A stretch of 64,000 bases of DNA from an uncultured Candidatus Peribacteria bacterium (lineage in GTDB: Bacteria > Patescibacteriota > Gracilibacteria > RBG-16-42-10): positions 434,001-498,000 of the forward strand of contig CAZERA010000001.1 in the NCBI GenBank assembly GCA_964514565.1, written 5' to 3'. Positions 19,205 to 29,549 of the stretch are shown here, piece by piece. The position numbers and the translations under genes are program-made. The first letter of the stretch is position 1. Each line of letters begins with the position of its first letter. The notes beneath the pieces were generated by a model. It saw only the letters and a list, made by a program, of their open reading frames with translations. It was not told the origin of the DNA and did no database searches.

Positions 19205-20752
19205 CTAATTGGTTTGTACTACTAAATTGATATTACTCTTGAGGCCAGGGATACTATTGACCCAAAATGGCCAGCTGCTTACTTTTGCTTCGGCTATAGA
19301 ATCAAGACTATTGAGGTATTTTTCTGTTTCAGCCAAGGTCATACCTGTGATCTGAGACTTGAGTCTGGTGAGGAAGTCAGGCTTAAACATATATTCTAAA
19401 CGATAGGGCATAGTAACATTGACCTTGATCTTTTGGGCTCGGGCATCTTGCTCTACATACTGTACTTCTAGATTGGAGTTGTCGACAAAGGCGATGCGCA
19501 TGTCTGGATTGATCATGCTGCTCAGTTTGCGATCCAAGATCTTCATAATATCTTTTTGATCAAAGGCTACTGTGCTTACTTTTACTTTGGCATAGGCTTG
19601 GAAACTATCTCGAACATCTTTTGGTTTTACATTCTCTAATATTTGGACCTGGATCACGGTAGTTTTTACTACTTTGTCATTTTCTAATAAAACCAATGAT
19701 TTGTTCTGGCTAGCGTTTTCTTGGCCGATTCGCTCCCGCAATTTGGTGATCGCGATCTTTTGGATCTCTACTACGATGTCTTTATTGGCACTATCAATAT
19801 CCTGATCAGCTACGGAACGGATTGCATTGGTCACGCCACCAGTAAAAGGTTGGTCATTGGTACCGTAGATGAGATTTTTATAGGTACCTTGTAGTGCTGG
19901 TAAGGTAAAGCGAAGATTAGCTGCTAAATTACCATTACTGCCGGTTACTTGGCCTTTGTCATCGACAGGGTCAGCTATTACCTGAGCATTGATAGTTCCT
20001 TTGGCTGGTACACTGACAGCAGCTTGGGTACGGAAAACATAACCATCTGGCGAACGGAAACGAGTACGAGCGATCAGAAGTTGTACTTGTTCACCATCAT
20101 TGTGAATAGTCATGGTTCCCTGGGCATTGGTGCCACTCGAGGTGATACCGGTGGTGCTGTAAGTTTTGGTGAGTTCCACTTCAGTGTCTACTGGCACGCT
20201 GCCGATCATATCACCGTTACTAAGTGCAATCTCGGCGCTATTTCTGGTGCTGTCGGCAATCGTAACTCTTTCCAATGGTTTCTCTACTTTAGTTTCTGGC
20301 GTGATGCGAATGGTCACCGTTGGTAGTACAAAATAGGCAATCAAGATAAATACAAAAGCTGATACGCCAAAAAATAGGCCGATGACGCGCTTGCCTGGGG
20401 CAGGCATCATAAAGGTCGTGCTATCAATCTTTTCGGTCATATTCATAGTCGACTTTTTGTGTTTTGGCTTTTTCTTCTCGTTTGGAGTTTCATTTTCTTT
20501 GCGAATCTCAGTGGGAAAACCAGTATTGGCCGCTAATGTCAGACCTGCTTCATTGCTGGAAGCAATCGTTAGTACCTTTTCTAAGACTATTGCTTCTTTG
20601 TAAAGTAGTTTCAAATGTATCTGACTTTGAAATAGTTTTGCTTGGGCAGGGATAATAAGTAAAAGCTCTTTCTCTTCGTGTTTCTTGATTCGTTCGAGAA
20701 TGCTCGTGACTTCTTCGTCTGAAGCGATAAAAAGTTGTTGGGAGTTGTCCAT
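19205..20752 (-). CDS. Membrane-anchored protein with baseplate J/gp47-like extracellular domain
   Basis: Cytoplasmic N-domain (EEVTSILERI), one TM helix, AQGTMTIHN...TRFRSPDGYVFRT...VIAD...GSNGNL...FTGG pattern; ATG at 20752 preferred over the TTG at 20761. Confidence 0.65.
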   Translation of the reverse strand: MDNSQQLFIASDEEVTSILERIKKHEEKELLLIIPAQAKLFQSQIHLKLLYKEAIVLEKVLTIASSNEAGLTLAANTGFPTEIRKENETPNEKKKPKHKKSTMNMTEKIDSTTFMMPAPGKRVIGLFFGVSAFVFILIAYFVLPTVTIRITPETKVEKPLERVTIADSTRNSAEIALSNGDMIGSVPVDTEVELTKTYSTTGITSSGTNAQGTMTIHNDGEQVQLLIARTRFRSPDGYVFRTQAAVSVPAKGTINAQVIADPVDDKGQVTGSNGNLAANLRFTLPALQGTYKNLIYGTNDQPFTGGVTNAIRSVADQDIDSANKDIVVEIQKIAITKLRERIGQENASQNKSLVLLENDKVVKTTVIQVQILENVKPKDVRDSFQAYAKVKVSTVAFDQKDIMKILDRKLSSMINPDMRIAFVDNSNLEVQYVEQDARAQKIKVNVTMPYRLEYMFKPDFLTRLKSQITGMTLAETEKYLNSLDSIAEAKVSSWPFWVNSIPGLKSNINLVVQTN

Positions 20753-20764
20753 AGAAACCAAAGG

Positions 20765-22072
20765 TTAATTGCGCATAATTTTGAGGGTCTTGCGGAGTAA
20801 ACGGTCGATCAGCTTTTCTTCGCCTGCCAAATCCAAAGCCAGGTGAGCGAGGGCCAGTACCGTCACATCTTGAGGATCAGATAATTCACCAGTGTCGTCT
20901 GTGAAGGCGTCAATGTCGCTACAGCGTACTTTCATAATAGAGGGTTTGTCTAAGAAGTGAAGATCTTTAAACCATGATTCTTCTTCAAGCACTAGACTAA
21001 TCTGTGGTAGCAGGCTACCTCCTCCACAGAGATAAATATTGGCTGGGAGGGGAGTGTCTTGATTAAATTCTTCTAAAGTCAGTACTATGCCACTTCGCCA
21101 TACTTTGGCATCTTGGAGCAACATTTGCTTGAGCTTGGTCAGCTCACTTCTTTCTAAAGGCTTTTCTTCCAAACTAAGCTTGATTCGTTCAGCTTCATAA
21201 TAAGAGCAGTTTTGCAGTTGTTCGATCCGTTTGGTGACACCTTGCCCTCCTAGTGCGAACATCTTGGTCCCTTCTAATACACCATTGCGGACCACAGCAA
21301 TATCAGTAGTACCGCCACCAATATCAATAATAATGCCACTCCAGGTGTTGTTATTGGTGTCATTGAGCGCTTTGGCGATGCTATATGGTTCAGCTGTAAT
21401 TGCTAACAAGTCAAAGGCGAGAGCATCAGCAATGGTTCTCAAGCTACTAAAGTGAATCAGAGGAGCAAAAGCATTGAAGACACTGAGAGTAATATATTTG
21501 CCTTGGAATCCAAGTGGGTTGGCTACTGGAAAGCTATCGATGCTGACTTCTGTAATGGCAGCATTGATCAGCTTCACATCAATTTCCGGATAGCCTGTCT
21601 CAATCGAGAGTTGCTTGCGTACACGATCAAATGCCTTCCATTGTACTCGATGTACGATTTCTTTGAGTTCGGTCAGGCTTATAGGACTATGTGGATTGGG
21701 TCTTTCGTATTGAATAGTAGTACTAGCTCCTTTGACTAGTTCACCCCCGATACCCACAATCATTTGTTCGGGCTCGACATTGGCCATGATCATTGCTTCG
21801 TTGATCCCTTCATTACACTTCTCAGCTACGCGACTAATATTAATCACCGCACCACCATTCATGTCACCGTATTCTTGTTTGATATGAGAAATTCCGACGA
21901 TATGGACTTTGTGATCACGGTCATAGTGGGTACGAAAAATCACTGTCTTGATACATTCAGTACCAATATCTAGTGCGATAGCATATTCACCCCGCGCTTT
22001 TCTCTCCTCAAAAGCAACTGGTTGGCGTTTGGTATTTGCCCAAAATTTACGAAGTTTTTCAATCAAAACCAT
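20765..22072 (-). CDS. FtsA-like actin-fold ATPase
   Basis: IALDIGTE, AEP, IIDIGGGTTD, EAERIK and LCGGGS actin-fold motifs; lacks a typical long FtsA C-terminal tail. Confidence 0.8.
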   Translation of the reverse strand: MVLIEKLRKFWANTKRQPVAFEERKARGEYAIALDIGTECIKTVIFRTHYDRDHKVHIVGISHIKQEYGDMNGGAVINISRVAEKCNEGINEAMIMANVEPEQMIVGIGGELVKGASTTIQYERPNPHSPISLTELKEIVHRVQWKAFDRVRKQLSIETGYPEIDVKLINAAITEVSIDSFPVANPLGFQGKYITLSVFNAFAPLIHFSSLRTIADALAFDLLAITAEPYSIAKALNDTNNNTWSGIIIDIGGGTTDIAVVRNGVLEGTKMFALGGQGVTKRIEQLQNCSYYEAERIKLSLEEKPLERSELTKLKQMLLQDAKVWRSGIVLTLEEFNQDTPLPANIYLCGGGSLLPQISLVLEEESWFKDLHFLDKPSIMKVRCSDIDAFTDDTGELSDPQDVTVLALAHLALDLAGEEKLIDRLLRKTLKIMRN

Positions 22073-22081
22073 ACATGCATA

Positions 22082-24250
22082 TTAGGTGGGCATATCCTGA
22101 GGGATAGTATAGTACTTCAATAGATAATCACAGATTTTACTGAAGAGCGGACCAGCAGTTCCTTCGCCCCATTCGGAAGAAAGTGGTCTATTCATTTTTA
22201 CGATGATGGCAAAGTCAGGGTGTAGGGCTGGAAAACCGACGATAGAACCAATTGTACTACCAGGTCCTTTTTCATAACCCATACCATTTGGTAAAGCAAT
22301 TTGGGCAGTACCAGTTTTAGCTGCAATCACGTAGCCAGGAATTTTAACTGTGTTGGCATATGACTTTTGGGCCGTAGACACCATCATCGCCCGTACTTTT
22401 GCAGCTGTTTCTGGTTTGATCACGCGTCTAATTTCTTGCGGTAAAATCTCAGTAGTACGACCAGTGATTTTGTCAGTATAACTATCTATTAGGTGAGTTT
22501 TCATCAAAATGCCATCATTGGCGACTGTACCAATAGCAGTAATTACTTGCAGAGGTGTAGCACCTAAGCCTTGTCCAAAGGCCGCTGTGGCTAAATCGAT
22601 ATCTGCCCATTTTTCAGGAGCAGAAACCCAACCAGTTGATTGATTGTCTACCTCAATTGGATTTGGTGTACCAAAACCAAAGTTTCTAATGTACTGATAG
22701 AACAAGGTACGACCAAGCTTTTGAGCAACGGTTAAGGTCGTTAGATTACTTGATACCTCAAGGGCACGAGTCATAGTGATACAACCATAAGCCTTGAGAC
22801 TAGAATTGCGGATTGGATAATTATCAAGATAAATCGTATTTTCAGTCTCACAGTTGATGGAGTCAGGTGTGATTTCGCCACTATCGATACCCGCAGACAT
22901 GGTAATTACTTTGAATACTGAGCCTGGCTCATACATGTCAGAAACAGCACGGTTGAGAAAAGCTTGTGGACCAATTTTGTTTTTGTATTCACCAGCATGT
23001 ATACCTTCCTGCCATTTCTCATAGCTTTCCCAGTAGGTATTGGGATCAAAGGTGGGATAGTTGGCCATTGCGATCACCGCACCTGTTTTAGGATTGATCA
23101 CTACTACTTGGCCACTTTCTGCTTGGGCTGCTTTTACTTGTTTTGCTAATTCATCTTCCACGAACTTCTGCACAACGCGATCGATGGTCAAAGTAATGTC
23201 AGTACCATCTTGGGCTGGTGTGACAATCTTGTCTCCTACTACGATTTGGTTTCCCTGAGGATCACGATCGATGAGCAGTTTGCCATTGATACCAGCTAGC
23301 TTGATATTATTGTTCATATCCTCAAATTGACTTTCCAATCCATACTGACCCTTTTTATCATTGCCAATAAACCCGACAATTTGAGCAGCTAAACTACCCT
23401 CTGGATAATAACGCCATTGCTCAGGGATGATACCGACGCCAGGTAGGCGTTTGCCGTTTTTTAGCCGTAAGTTTTTAATTTTATCTGATGTCTCTGGTTC
23501 TAGCTTGTGCTTGAGTGGGACATAACGAATTGGGGTCCTTGTCAGCATCTTGATCAAGGTAGGACGAGGCAGGTCAAAGAAACTACTGATTTCACCGGCA
23601 ATCTGGGCAGGATTATCAATAATAGTAGGATCACAGTAAATCTCATCTTCACTAGTATATATACCACGAATATTGAGAGCATCTATTTTTTGACGAAGGT
23701 CAGGCGTCTTTTCTTTGAAGTCTTTGATCAATGTGCGATGCGTGACCTCTTTCTTTTGCAATTTTTTGAGAATGCTATCTTTGTACGCACCTAGCAGAGT
23801 TTCATATGTTTCTTTTACTTCTACCTGTGGCTTGAGGATTGGAATGCTATTGGCTACTTCCTCGACTGGAACACCTGTTTCATCCAATGCAGCATCGGTA
23901 GTTTGAGTCTCTTGCAGCAAAGCCTTCTCACTCTCTTGATCAGTCGGCATCTCAAATAACAAGGGGGCTAGTAAATCTACAATCTCAGTATCGTTTTCAT
24001 TGGTAATCAAAGAGGGATCGATGAATACTAGGTCCAATGCGCTGTCAGTAGCTAGTAGGGCGGGATCACCAGACTTGTCAGTCAAATAGATATTGCCTCG
24101 TTTGGATTGTAGTTCGATTACTCCTTTGTGCTGTTGTTCGGCGAGTGCTTGATAGTATGAACCGTCTACCAATTGCAAAAAGCCTAGTCTGATTACTAGC
24201 GTACTCATAATCAGGACCAGGAATAAGCGCAAGGCTTGAAAACGATTCAT
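22082..24250 (-). CDS. ftsI: Class B penicillin-binding protein (FtsI/PBP3 type)
   Basis: RGNI, RYYP, GLE dimerisation motifs; transpeptidase motifs SVFK, SSN, KTGTAQ. Confidence 0.9.
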   Translation of the reverse strand: MNRFQALRLFLVLIMSTLVIRLGFLQLVDGSYYQALAEQQHKGVIELQSKRGNIYLTDKSGDPALLATDSALDLVFIDPSLITNENDTEIVDLLAPLLFEMPTDQESEKALLQETQTTDAALDETGVPVEEVANSIPILKPQVEVKETYETLLGAYKDSILKKLQKKEVTHRTLIKDFKEKTPDLRQKIDALNIRGIYTSEDEIYCDPTIIDNPAQIAGEISSFFDLPRPTLIKMLTRTPIRYVPLKHKLEPETSDKIKNLRLKNGKRLPGVGIIPEQWRYYPEGSLAAQIVGFIGNDKKGQYGLESQFEDMNNNIKLAGINGKLLIDRDPQGNQIVVGDKIVTPAQDGTDITLTIDRVVQKFVEDELAKQVKAAQAESGQVVVINPKTGAVIAMANYPTFDPNTYWESYEKWQEGIHAGEYKNKIGPQAFLNRAVSDMYEPGSVFKVITMSAGIDSGEITPDSINCETENTIYLDNYPIRNSSLKAYGCITMTRALEVSSNLTTLTVAQKLGRTLFYQYIRNFGFGTPNPIEVDNQSTGWVSAPEKWADIDLATAAFGQGLGATPLQVITAIGTVANDGILMKTHLIDSYTDKITGRTTEILPQEIRRVIKPETAAKVRAMMVSTAQKSYANTVKIPGYVIAAKTGTAQIALPNGMGYEKGPGSTIGSIVGFPALHPDFAIIVKMNRPLSSEWGEGTAGPLFSKICDYLLKYYTIPQDMPT

Positions 24251-24256
24251 ATGTTT

Positions 24257-24622
24257 TTATTTTAGCGCTAGATCGCGATTGCTCGTAACGATAATAGGGT
24301 GGTCAACAATAGCCATCCGGCTTACAGTCTCACTTTGTTCAAGATTAGCAAGTGAGCGTCTCTTGGCGATTTCCATTGTCAGTGACTTGTTGGTATTGAG
24401 GAGTTCACCACGTTCTTGTTCAATTTTTTTGATTTGATAGCCTGCTGCTTGGATTTTGCTGGTATGACGAAGAGAGGCAAAGCTCAAAATACTGATGAGA
24501 CCAATCAAGGTGAAACTCAAAGTAACGACACCCACTTTTACTTCTGATGACACTGTATGTCTACGTCTGGGGAGAGCTGAAGATGTGAACGATGCTTGGC
24601 GGGGGAGGACGTGGACGGTCAT
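24257..24622 (-). CDS. FtsL-like protein
   Basis: TM helix followed by a coiled coil; lies between rsmH and ftsI. Confidence 0.6.
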   Translation of the reverse strand: MTVHVLPRQASFTSSALPRRRHTVSSEVKVGVVTLSFTLIGLISILSFASLRHTSKIQAAGYQIKKIEQERGELLNTNKSLTMEIAKRRSLANLEQSETVSRMAIVDHPIIVTSNRDLALK

Positions 24623-24664
24623 TTGGTAGAGGGGGGAGCGTTAGGAGATAATGAGTGAGACAAA

Positions 24665-25591
24665 CTAATCGTTTTTTTGATATTCCTTTTTGGAATGAGG
24701 GGTATTTTCGATAATACGGAGGAAACTACTGCGAGCCCTGGGGTTTTCACGTTTTTCTGTCCATTGTGGTTTGACCACTTTTTTATTGACTAGGGTCATG
24801 GTGCCTGACTGATGCCATGCTTTGAATGTGTTCTTGACTAGTCTGTCTTCCAAAGAGTGAAAGGTGATCACTGCGAGGCGACCGGCTGGATTCAGCAACG
24901 CTGGAATTTGATCAAGCATAGTTTGCAACGTGCCGAGTTCGTCGTTGACGTACATCCGCAATGCTTGGAATACCTGAGTGGCAGCATGAATCTTTTTATT
25001 TTTGCGTCTTTTGGCATGAGTCACTATCTCTGCGAGGTCAGTACCAGTAGTGATTGCTTTGGTTGCTCTGCGAGTAACAATTGCTTGGGCAATACCGCGA
25101 GATTCTGGCTCTTCACCGAGTCTGAAGAATATATCAGCCAACTCTTCTTCACTCAGGGTAGCTATAATGGTAGCTGCTGAAGGATCGGAAGAGTTGGGGT
25201 CAAGACGCATATCGAGAGCTGTGTCACTCTGGAAAGAAAATCCACGGTTGTGGTCCAGGAGTTGCACAGTGGACAAGCCTAAGTCGGCATAAATACGATC
25301 TACTTTTTTGATCTTGTTAGCACTCAGTAATGTACTGATCATAGCGAAATTGCCTTGAATCAGTGTGACTGGCACAGTGGAAGTTTTGAACTGTTCCTGT
25401 GCATAAGCTATCTGCATGGGGTCGGCATCGATACCAATCAAATGACCTTTTTCAGAAAGTTGATTGAGTACTAATTGTGCGTGACCACTGCGACCTAAAG
25501 TGAGATCGACGACAGTGTGATGGGGCTCGAGTTGTAAAAGAGCAAGGAGTTCTGCGGCTAAAACTGGGATGTGATGATCTTTGATGTTCAT
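24665..25591 (-). CDS. rsmH: 16S rRNA m4C1402 methyltransferase
   Basis: HIPVL, DLTLGRSGH, DLGLS, LDMR, FQALRMYVNDEL, TFHSLEDR, NPRARS. Confidence 0.97.
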   Translation of the reverse strand: MNIKDHHIPVLAAELLALLQLEPHHTVVDLTLGRSGHAQLVLNQLSEKGHLIGIDADPMQIAYAQEQFKTSTVPVTLIQGNFAMISTLLSANKIKKVDRIYADLGLSTVQLLDHNRGFSFQSDTALDMRLDPNSSDPSAATIIATLSEEELADIFFRLGEEPESRGIAQAIVTRRATKAITTGTDLAEIVTHAKRRKNKKIHAATQVFQALRMYVNDELGTLQTMLDQIPALLNPAGRLAVITFHSLEDRLVKNTFKAWHQSGTMTLVNKKVVKPQWTEKRENPRARSSFLRIIENTPHSKKEYQKND

Positions 25592-25913
25592 GTGTAAATC
25601 TCCAGTTTGTTGTGTAAAACTCTCTCTTCACTGTTTCCACTGTAGAAAATACTGCATCCAAAAGCAATCCAGCGTTTTACACTTTTTATTGACACAGTGT
25701 AAAAGAAAAACCTAGTGATGGATTTTTAAAAAATAATCCTTTCTATGAGCCAAAATAATTATTGTGCATAACTTTATTTTGTTCAAAAGACCAAGGCCTA
25801 TCTATATAAGCCTAGCTTGTATGGTGAGTGGATTTAAAAAGGTTTTATGCTCCAGTAACAACACTAAAACCACTATCAGAACAACTAAAACAACCTCACA
25901 ATCAACCAACCAC

Positions 25914-25947
25914 AACTGTTAATTGTAGATTGTCACTTGTTAATTAA
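25914..25947 (+). repeat. 34-bp AT-rich element, inverted copy of 41627-41660
   Basis: AACTGTTAATTGTAGATTGTCACTTGTTAATTAA; its reverse complement matches 41627-41660 with one mismatch. Confidence 0.85.
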
Positions 25948-25961
25948 CTCTATCACCTAAC

Positions 25962-26600
25962 TTACACTTGTTTGCTTGGGCATAGATCAACCAATACACA
26001 TTCGGCACATTTAGGCTTGATCGCCTTACACGTTTCGCGACCATGAAAAATAAAATAATGGTGAGCATTGGTCCAAATATGCTCAGGTAACAACTTCATG
26101 ATGTCTTGTTCCACTTGCTCCGGATTCTTACCTTTGGTGAGCCCTAATCGGTGAGTTACTCTGAATACATGCGTATCGACAGCGAAGGCGGGAATACCGA
26201 AGGCATTGGATAGCACAACATTGGCTGTTTTTCTGCCAACACCAGGTAATGCTTCCAAATCTTCACGATTATTTGGTACCTGGCTAGCGTGTTTATCTAT
26301 CAAGATCTGACAAAGAGCAAAGATGTTTTTCGATTTGGTTTGATAGAGTCCTACGGTTTGAATCAATTTCTGAAAAGCGGGCAAACCTAAACTGACTAGT
26401 TTTTCTGGTGTGTCGTTGGCTGGGAAAAATTGTGCTGTTACTATATTTACTCTTTTGTCTGTGGACTGGGCAGACATCACAGTGGCAATCAATAACTCAA
26501 ATGGATTATTGTGATTGAGTGCTGTCTTGGGATCCGGATATTTTTGGGCCAAGCGATCTACTATTTCTGCGGCGCGTTGTTTTAATGCTGTGGTTTTCAT
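25962..26600 (-). CDS. nth: Endonuclease III
   Basis: FELLIATVMSAQSTD, HhH LPGVGRKTANV, VDTH, C-x6-C-x2-C-x5-C Fe-S motif. Confidence 0.97.
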   Translation of the reverse strand: MKTTALKQRAAEIVDRLAQKYPDPKTALNHNNPFELLIATVMSAQSTDKRVNIVTAQFFPANDTPEKLVSLGLPAFQKLIQTVGLYQTKSKNIFALCQILIDKHASQVPNNREDLEALPGVGRKTANVVLSNAFGIPAFAVDTHVFRVTHRLGLTKGKNPEQVEQDIMKLLPEHIWTNAHHYFIFHGRETCKAIKPKCAECVLVDLCPSKQV

Positions 26601-27136
26601 ATTTGGGCTGCCTTAATTGCTTGAAGGCACACTTGAAATGTCTCTTCGATACTGAGCTGATCAGTGTCTACTACTAGATTATTCCAACTATTTTGTTGGT
26701 CAATAGAGATTTGGTAAAGCTTATAGTATCTTGCCCAATCCTGCTGGTCTCTGTACCTGACATCAGCAAGGGATTGCTCATAGTCAGTTTTTTCGCGTTC
26801 ACTAATCCGTCGGGCCTGAACCTCTGGCGAAGCTGTCAGTAAAATTCTAAAACTAGGAATTGCTGATTGCCAGGCTTGATAACTAGCCAGCCGCCCTTCC
26901 ACGACCATAGCACTATGTGCATGCATCAATTTGAGTAGCTCAGTCTGAATATACTGATCAATAGTTAGATCCTGCTCAGCAGCAGCGATGACCTCTAGCA
27001 AAGAGATCCCTTTGCTTTCAGCTAGTTTACGAAAAAGCGCCCCCGCATGATAATACGGTAGTGCTAAGGTCGTGCTTAATTTTTTGGCTAAAGTAGTAGT
27101 GCCGGTACCAGCATCACCACTGATGGTGATAATCAT
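26597..27136 (-). CDS. cmk: Cytidylate kinase, short archaeal-like type
   Basis: ITISGDAGTGTTT P-loop, AGALFR, VVEGRLA, R..YYKLY; ATG at 27136. Confidence 0.8.
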   Translation of the reverse strand: MIITISGDAGTGTTTLAKKLSTTLALPYYHAGALFRKLAESKGISLLEVIAAAEQDLTIDQYIQTELLKLMHAHSAMVVEGRLASYQAWQSAIPSFRILLTASPEVQARRISEREKTDYEQSLADVRYRDQQDWARYYKLYQISIDQQNSWNNLVVDTDQLSIEETFQVCLQAIKAAQI

Positions 27137-28091
27137 AATCAGCAAAAGAAAAAGAGGGGATTTTGTACTTTTTGTTGGTAAGTGTGCCTAGCAGTGCTCT
27201 GAAATCATAAGGCAGAGGAGCAACAATCTCGATCGGTTTCTTGGTCACAGGATGAATAAAGCTGACTTGGTAGGCATGGAGCATTTGGCGCTCAGCTTTG
27301 AGCAGCTTGGAGATGGCAAAACTTTGGTCATTGCTATAAGTATCGTCACCGATCACAGGATGCCCAATGCTGTGCATGTGGACACGAATTTGATGGGTGC
27401 GACCGGTATGTAGTCGGACTGCTAGTAAACTACTTTTATCAAAAAAATCGATTACTTGATAAGCGGTAAGTGCTTGGCGAGATGTATGGCTAGCTGATAC
27501 AGCAAACTTTTGACGATCATGCGTAGCACGATCGATCGGAGCGTCGATATAGCCTTTGATGTCTTTTGGTACACCACTAATAAGTGCTAGATAAATCTTT
27601 TCTAACTTTCTTTTTTCAAATAAGTCAGTAAACAAGGCATAGCTACTTTCTGACTTGCTAACCAATAGCACTCCAGAAGTATCTTTATCTAAGCGATGGA
27701 GAAGGCGGAGTTGATCAAGCTTGTTTTTCTCTTGATAGTCAGCAAGTGCATGGACCAGAGTGCCACTATGATGACCTACACCCGGATGCACTACTATGCC
27801 TGGTTTTTTGTTGATCGCGATCAAATGGTCGTCCTCGTACAAAATATCAAAAGGAATATGTTCTGGGATAATCCGGTTGCGGTCTTCAGGCAGATTGGTG
27901 ACAGCTAAGACGAGGTTATTACTTTTGAGGATATGACCTGGCTTGGTCAAAACACGATCATCACAAAGTACGGCTCGCTCAGCAATTAATTTGCGGACTT
28001 GGCTGCGGCTGAGCTGGGTCAGGGTAGCTAAAACTACATCTACGCGTTGGCCATAATGCGTACTGTCGATTGTAAACTGGATTGGTGTCAT
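27114..28091 (-). CDS. RluA/RluD family 23S rRNA pseudouridine synthase
   Basis: S4-like N-terminus, NKKPGIVVHP, HRLDKDTSG, TGRTHQIRVH, LHA. Confidence 0.95.
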   Translation of the reverse strand: MTPIQFTIDSTHYGQRVDVVLATLTQLSRSQVRKLIAERAVLCDDRVLTKPGHILKSNNLVLAVTNLPEDRNRIIPEHIPFDILYEDDHLIAINKKPGIVVHPGVGHHSGTLVHALADYQEKNKLDQLRLLHRLDKDTSGVLLVSKSESSYALFTDLFEKRKLEKIYLALISGVPKDIKGYIDAPIDRATHDRQKFAVSASHTSRQALTAYQVIDFFDKSSLLAVRLHTGRTHQIRVHMHSIGHPVIGDDTYSNDQSFAISKLLKAERQMLHAYQVSFIHPVTKKPIEIVAPLPYDFRALLGTLTNKKYKIPSFSFADYDYHHQW

Positions 28092-28780
28092 TGCCATTCT
28101 TTAGTAGTGAGAGCGATACGGGCAGCTGCTTGTTCTGCTTGTTGTTTACTTGATCCTTGGCCGGTCGCTAGGAGTTCATCATTGATGTATGCGCCCATAA
28201 TAAACAGTCGGTCGTGAGCTGGGCCACTTTCTTGAATTACTTTGTAGGTAGGTGTGATGCCAACACTAGCTTGTGCTTTTTCTTGCAGCGATGATTTTGC
28301 ATCGATATGAAGATTCTCTTTCAAAATTGTGTCTAGCGTCGGTAGTAAAAACTGTAGGATCATTTTTTCACCAGCTTCATAACCTTGATCGACATAAATC
28401 GCTCCGATCAACGCTTCAAATGTATTAGCCAACAAATAGTTTTTTTCACGACCACCAGATTTTTCTTCGCCTTTACTCAAGAAAATAAATTGACCGAGAT
28501 TGAGGGTCTTGGCTACACCAGCTAAATTATCTTTCTTTACTAAAGCGGAGCGAAGCAGAGTAAGCTCACCCTCAGGTAAAGGAAAATTGTGATACAAATA
28601 CTGGGTAACTGCTAATTCTAAAACAGCATCACCTAAAAATTCTAAGCGTTCATTGTGAGTGGCAGCCTCGTCATGCTCGTTGACATAGGACCGGTGGACC
28701 AGTGCTTCGTTGAGCGTGGCTAGGTTCTTGAAAGTGATACCTAGCAATGTTTGTAATTCAGACAACGCTAGGGCTGACAT
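28088..28780 (-). CDS. rnc: Ribonuclease III
   Basis: [30 protein letters not shown]-terminal dsRBD; ATG at 28780 preferred. Confidence 0.97.
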   Translation of the reverse strand: MSALALSELQTLLGITFKNLATLNEALVHRSYVNEHDEAATHNERLEFLGDAVLELAVTQYLYHNFPLPEGELTLLRSALVKKDNLAGVAKTLNLGQFIFLSKGEEKSGGREKNYLLANTFEALIGAIYVDQGYEAGEKMILQFLLPTLDTILKENLHIDAKSSLQEKAQASVGITPTYKVIQESGPAHDRLFIMGAYINDELLATGQGSSKQQAEQAAARIALTTKEWQ

Positions 28781-29207
28781 TGAGCTCGTTCTTAAATATA
28801 GATGACAAGACACCATTGATAAATTTACCACTATTGTCTGTACCAAACTCTTTGGCTAATTCCACTGCTTCATTGATTACAACAAGTGGTGGTACATCTT
28901 CTTTACAATAAAACAATTCAAAGACCGCTATTTTGAGAATAGATTGGTCAACATATGCCAATTCATGAAAAGGCCAAGTAGGAGCATACTTAGCGACTAG
29001 CTCGGCAGTATAGGGTTTGTGTGCTAGTGCCCCATCAAATAATCTCTTGGCAAAAGTCTGGCCCGCTTCATCGAGGGTGCCTTTCTTGCCAAGAGTATCA
29101 TTGAGGTTTCGTTGTAAAATATCTTCAGGCAAAAGTAGAGGGCGAAAACAGCTCTCAAACAAGCTCTGCATGACCAGAATTCGCAATAGGTGACGATTGG
29201 CGCTCAT
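28758..29207 (-). CDS. nusB: Transcription antitermination factor NusB
   Basis: [32 protein letters not shown]. Confidence 0.95.
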   Translation of the reverse strand: MSANRHLLRILVMQSLFESCFRPLLLPEDILQRNLNDTLGKKGTLDEAGQTFAKRLFDGALAHKPYTAELVAKYAPTWPFHELAYVDQSILKIAVFELFYCKEDVPPLVVINEAVELAKEFGTDNSGKFINGVLSSIFKNELNVSPSVV

Positions 29208-29219
29208 GCCTGTAAAAAA

Positions 29220-29525
29220 TTAAGCTTCGCTATCTGTACTTTCTTCTTTAGCTTTTTTAGGAGTCTTTGGCGCAGCAGCTTTCTTACTTGGTTTAGCTGC
29301 TGTTTTGCTAGCTTTAACTTCAGTAGATACTGCAGTCTTCACATTTTTGCGTTTGCGATTATCTTCACCATCATCGAGGTAGATGTGAGCAGGTTTGAGC
29401 TCATTACCACGACCATAAGGTACCAAGACAAGAGCATCAGATAATCTCCTTTGTTCTTTCATTACCCATGTACGGTAGCGGCGGTTTGTGCGTGTTTTTG
29501 ACGTTTTTTTCTTTGGTACTGCCAT
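29220..29525 (-). CDS. rpmF: 50S ribosomal protein L32 with Lys/Ala-rich C-terminal extension
   Basis: MAVPKKKTSKTRTNRR; downstream of yceD. Confidence 0.9.
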   Translation of the reverse strand: MAVPKKKTSKTRTNRRYRTWVMKEQRRLSDALVLVPYGRGNELKPAHIYLDDGEDNRKRKNVKTAVSTEVKASKTAAKPSKKAAAPKTPKKAKEESTDSEA

Positions 29526-29549
29526 AGAATAAAAAGAATAAGGTTATAA

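Noticed and set aside
19205..20752. Prophage or contractile injection system suggested by the baseplate-J-like gene
   Set aside because: No sheath, tube, spike or other tail genes; the gene has a TM anchor and sits inside the division operon
25592..25961. Replication origin
   Set aside because: No dnaA or dnaN nearby and gene orientation does not switch across the region; kept only as a possible regulatory cluster
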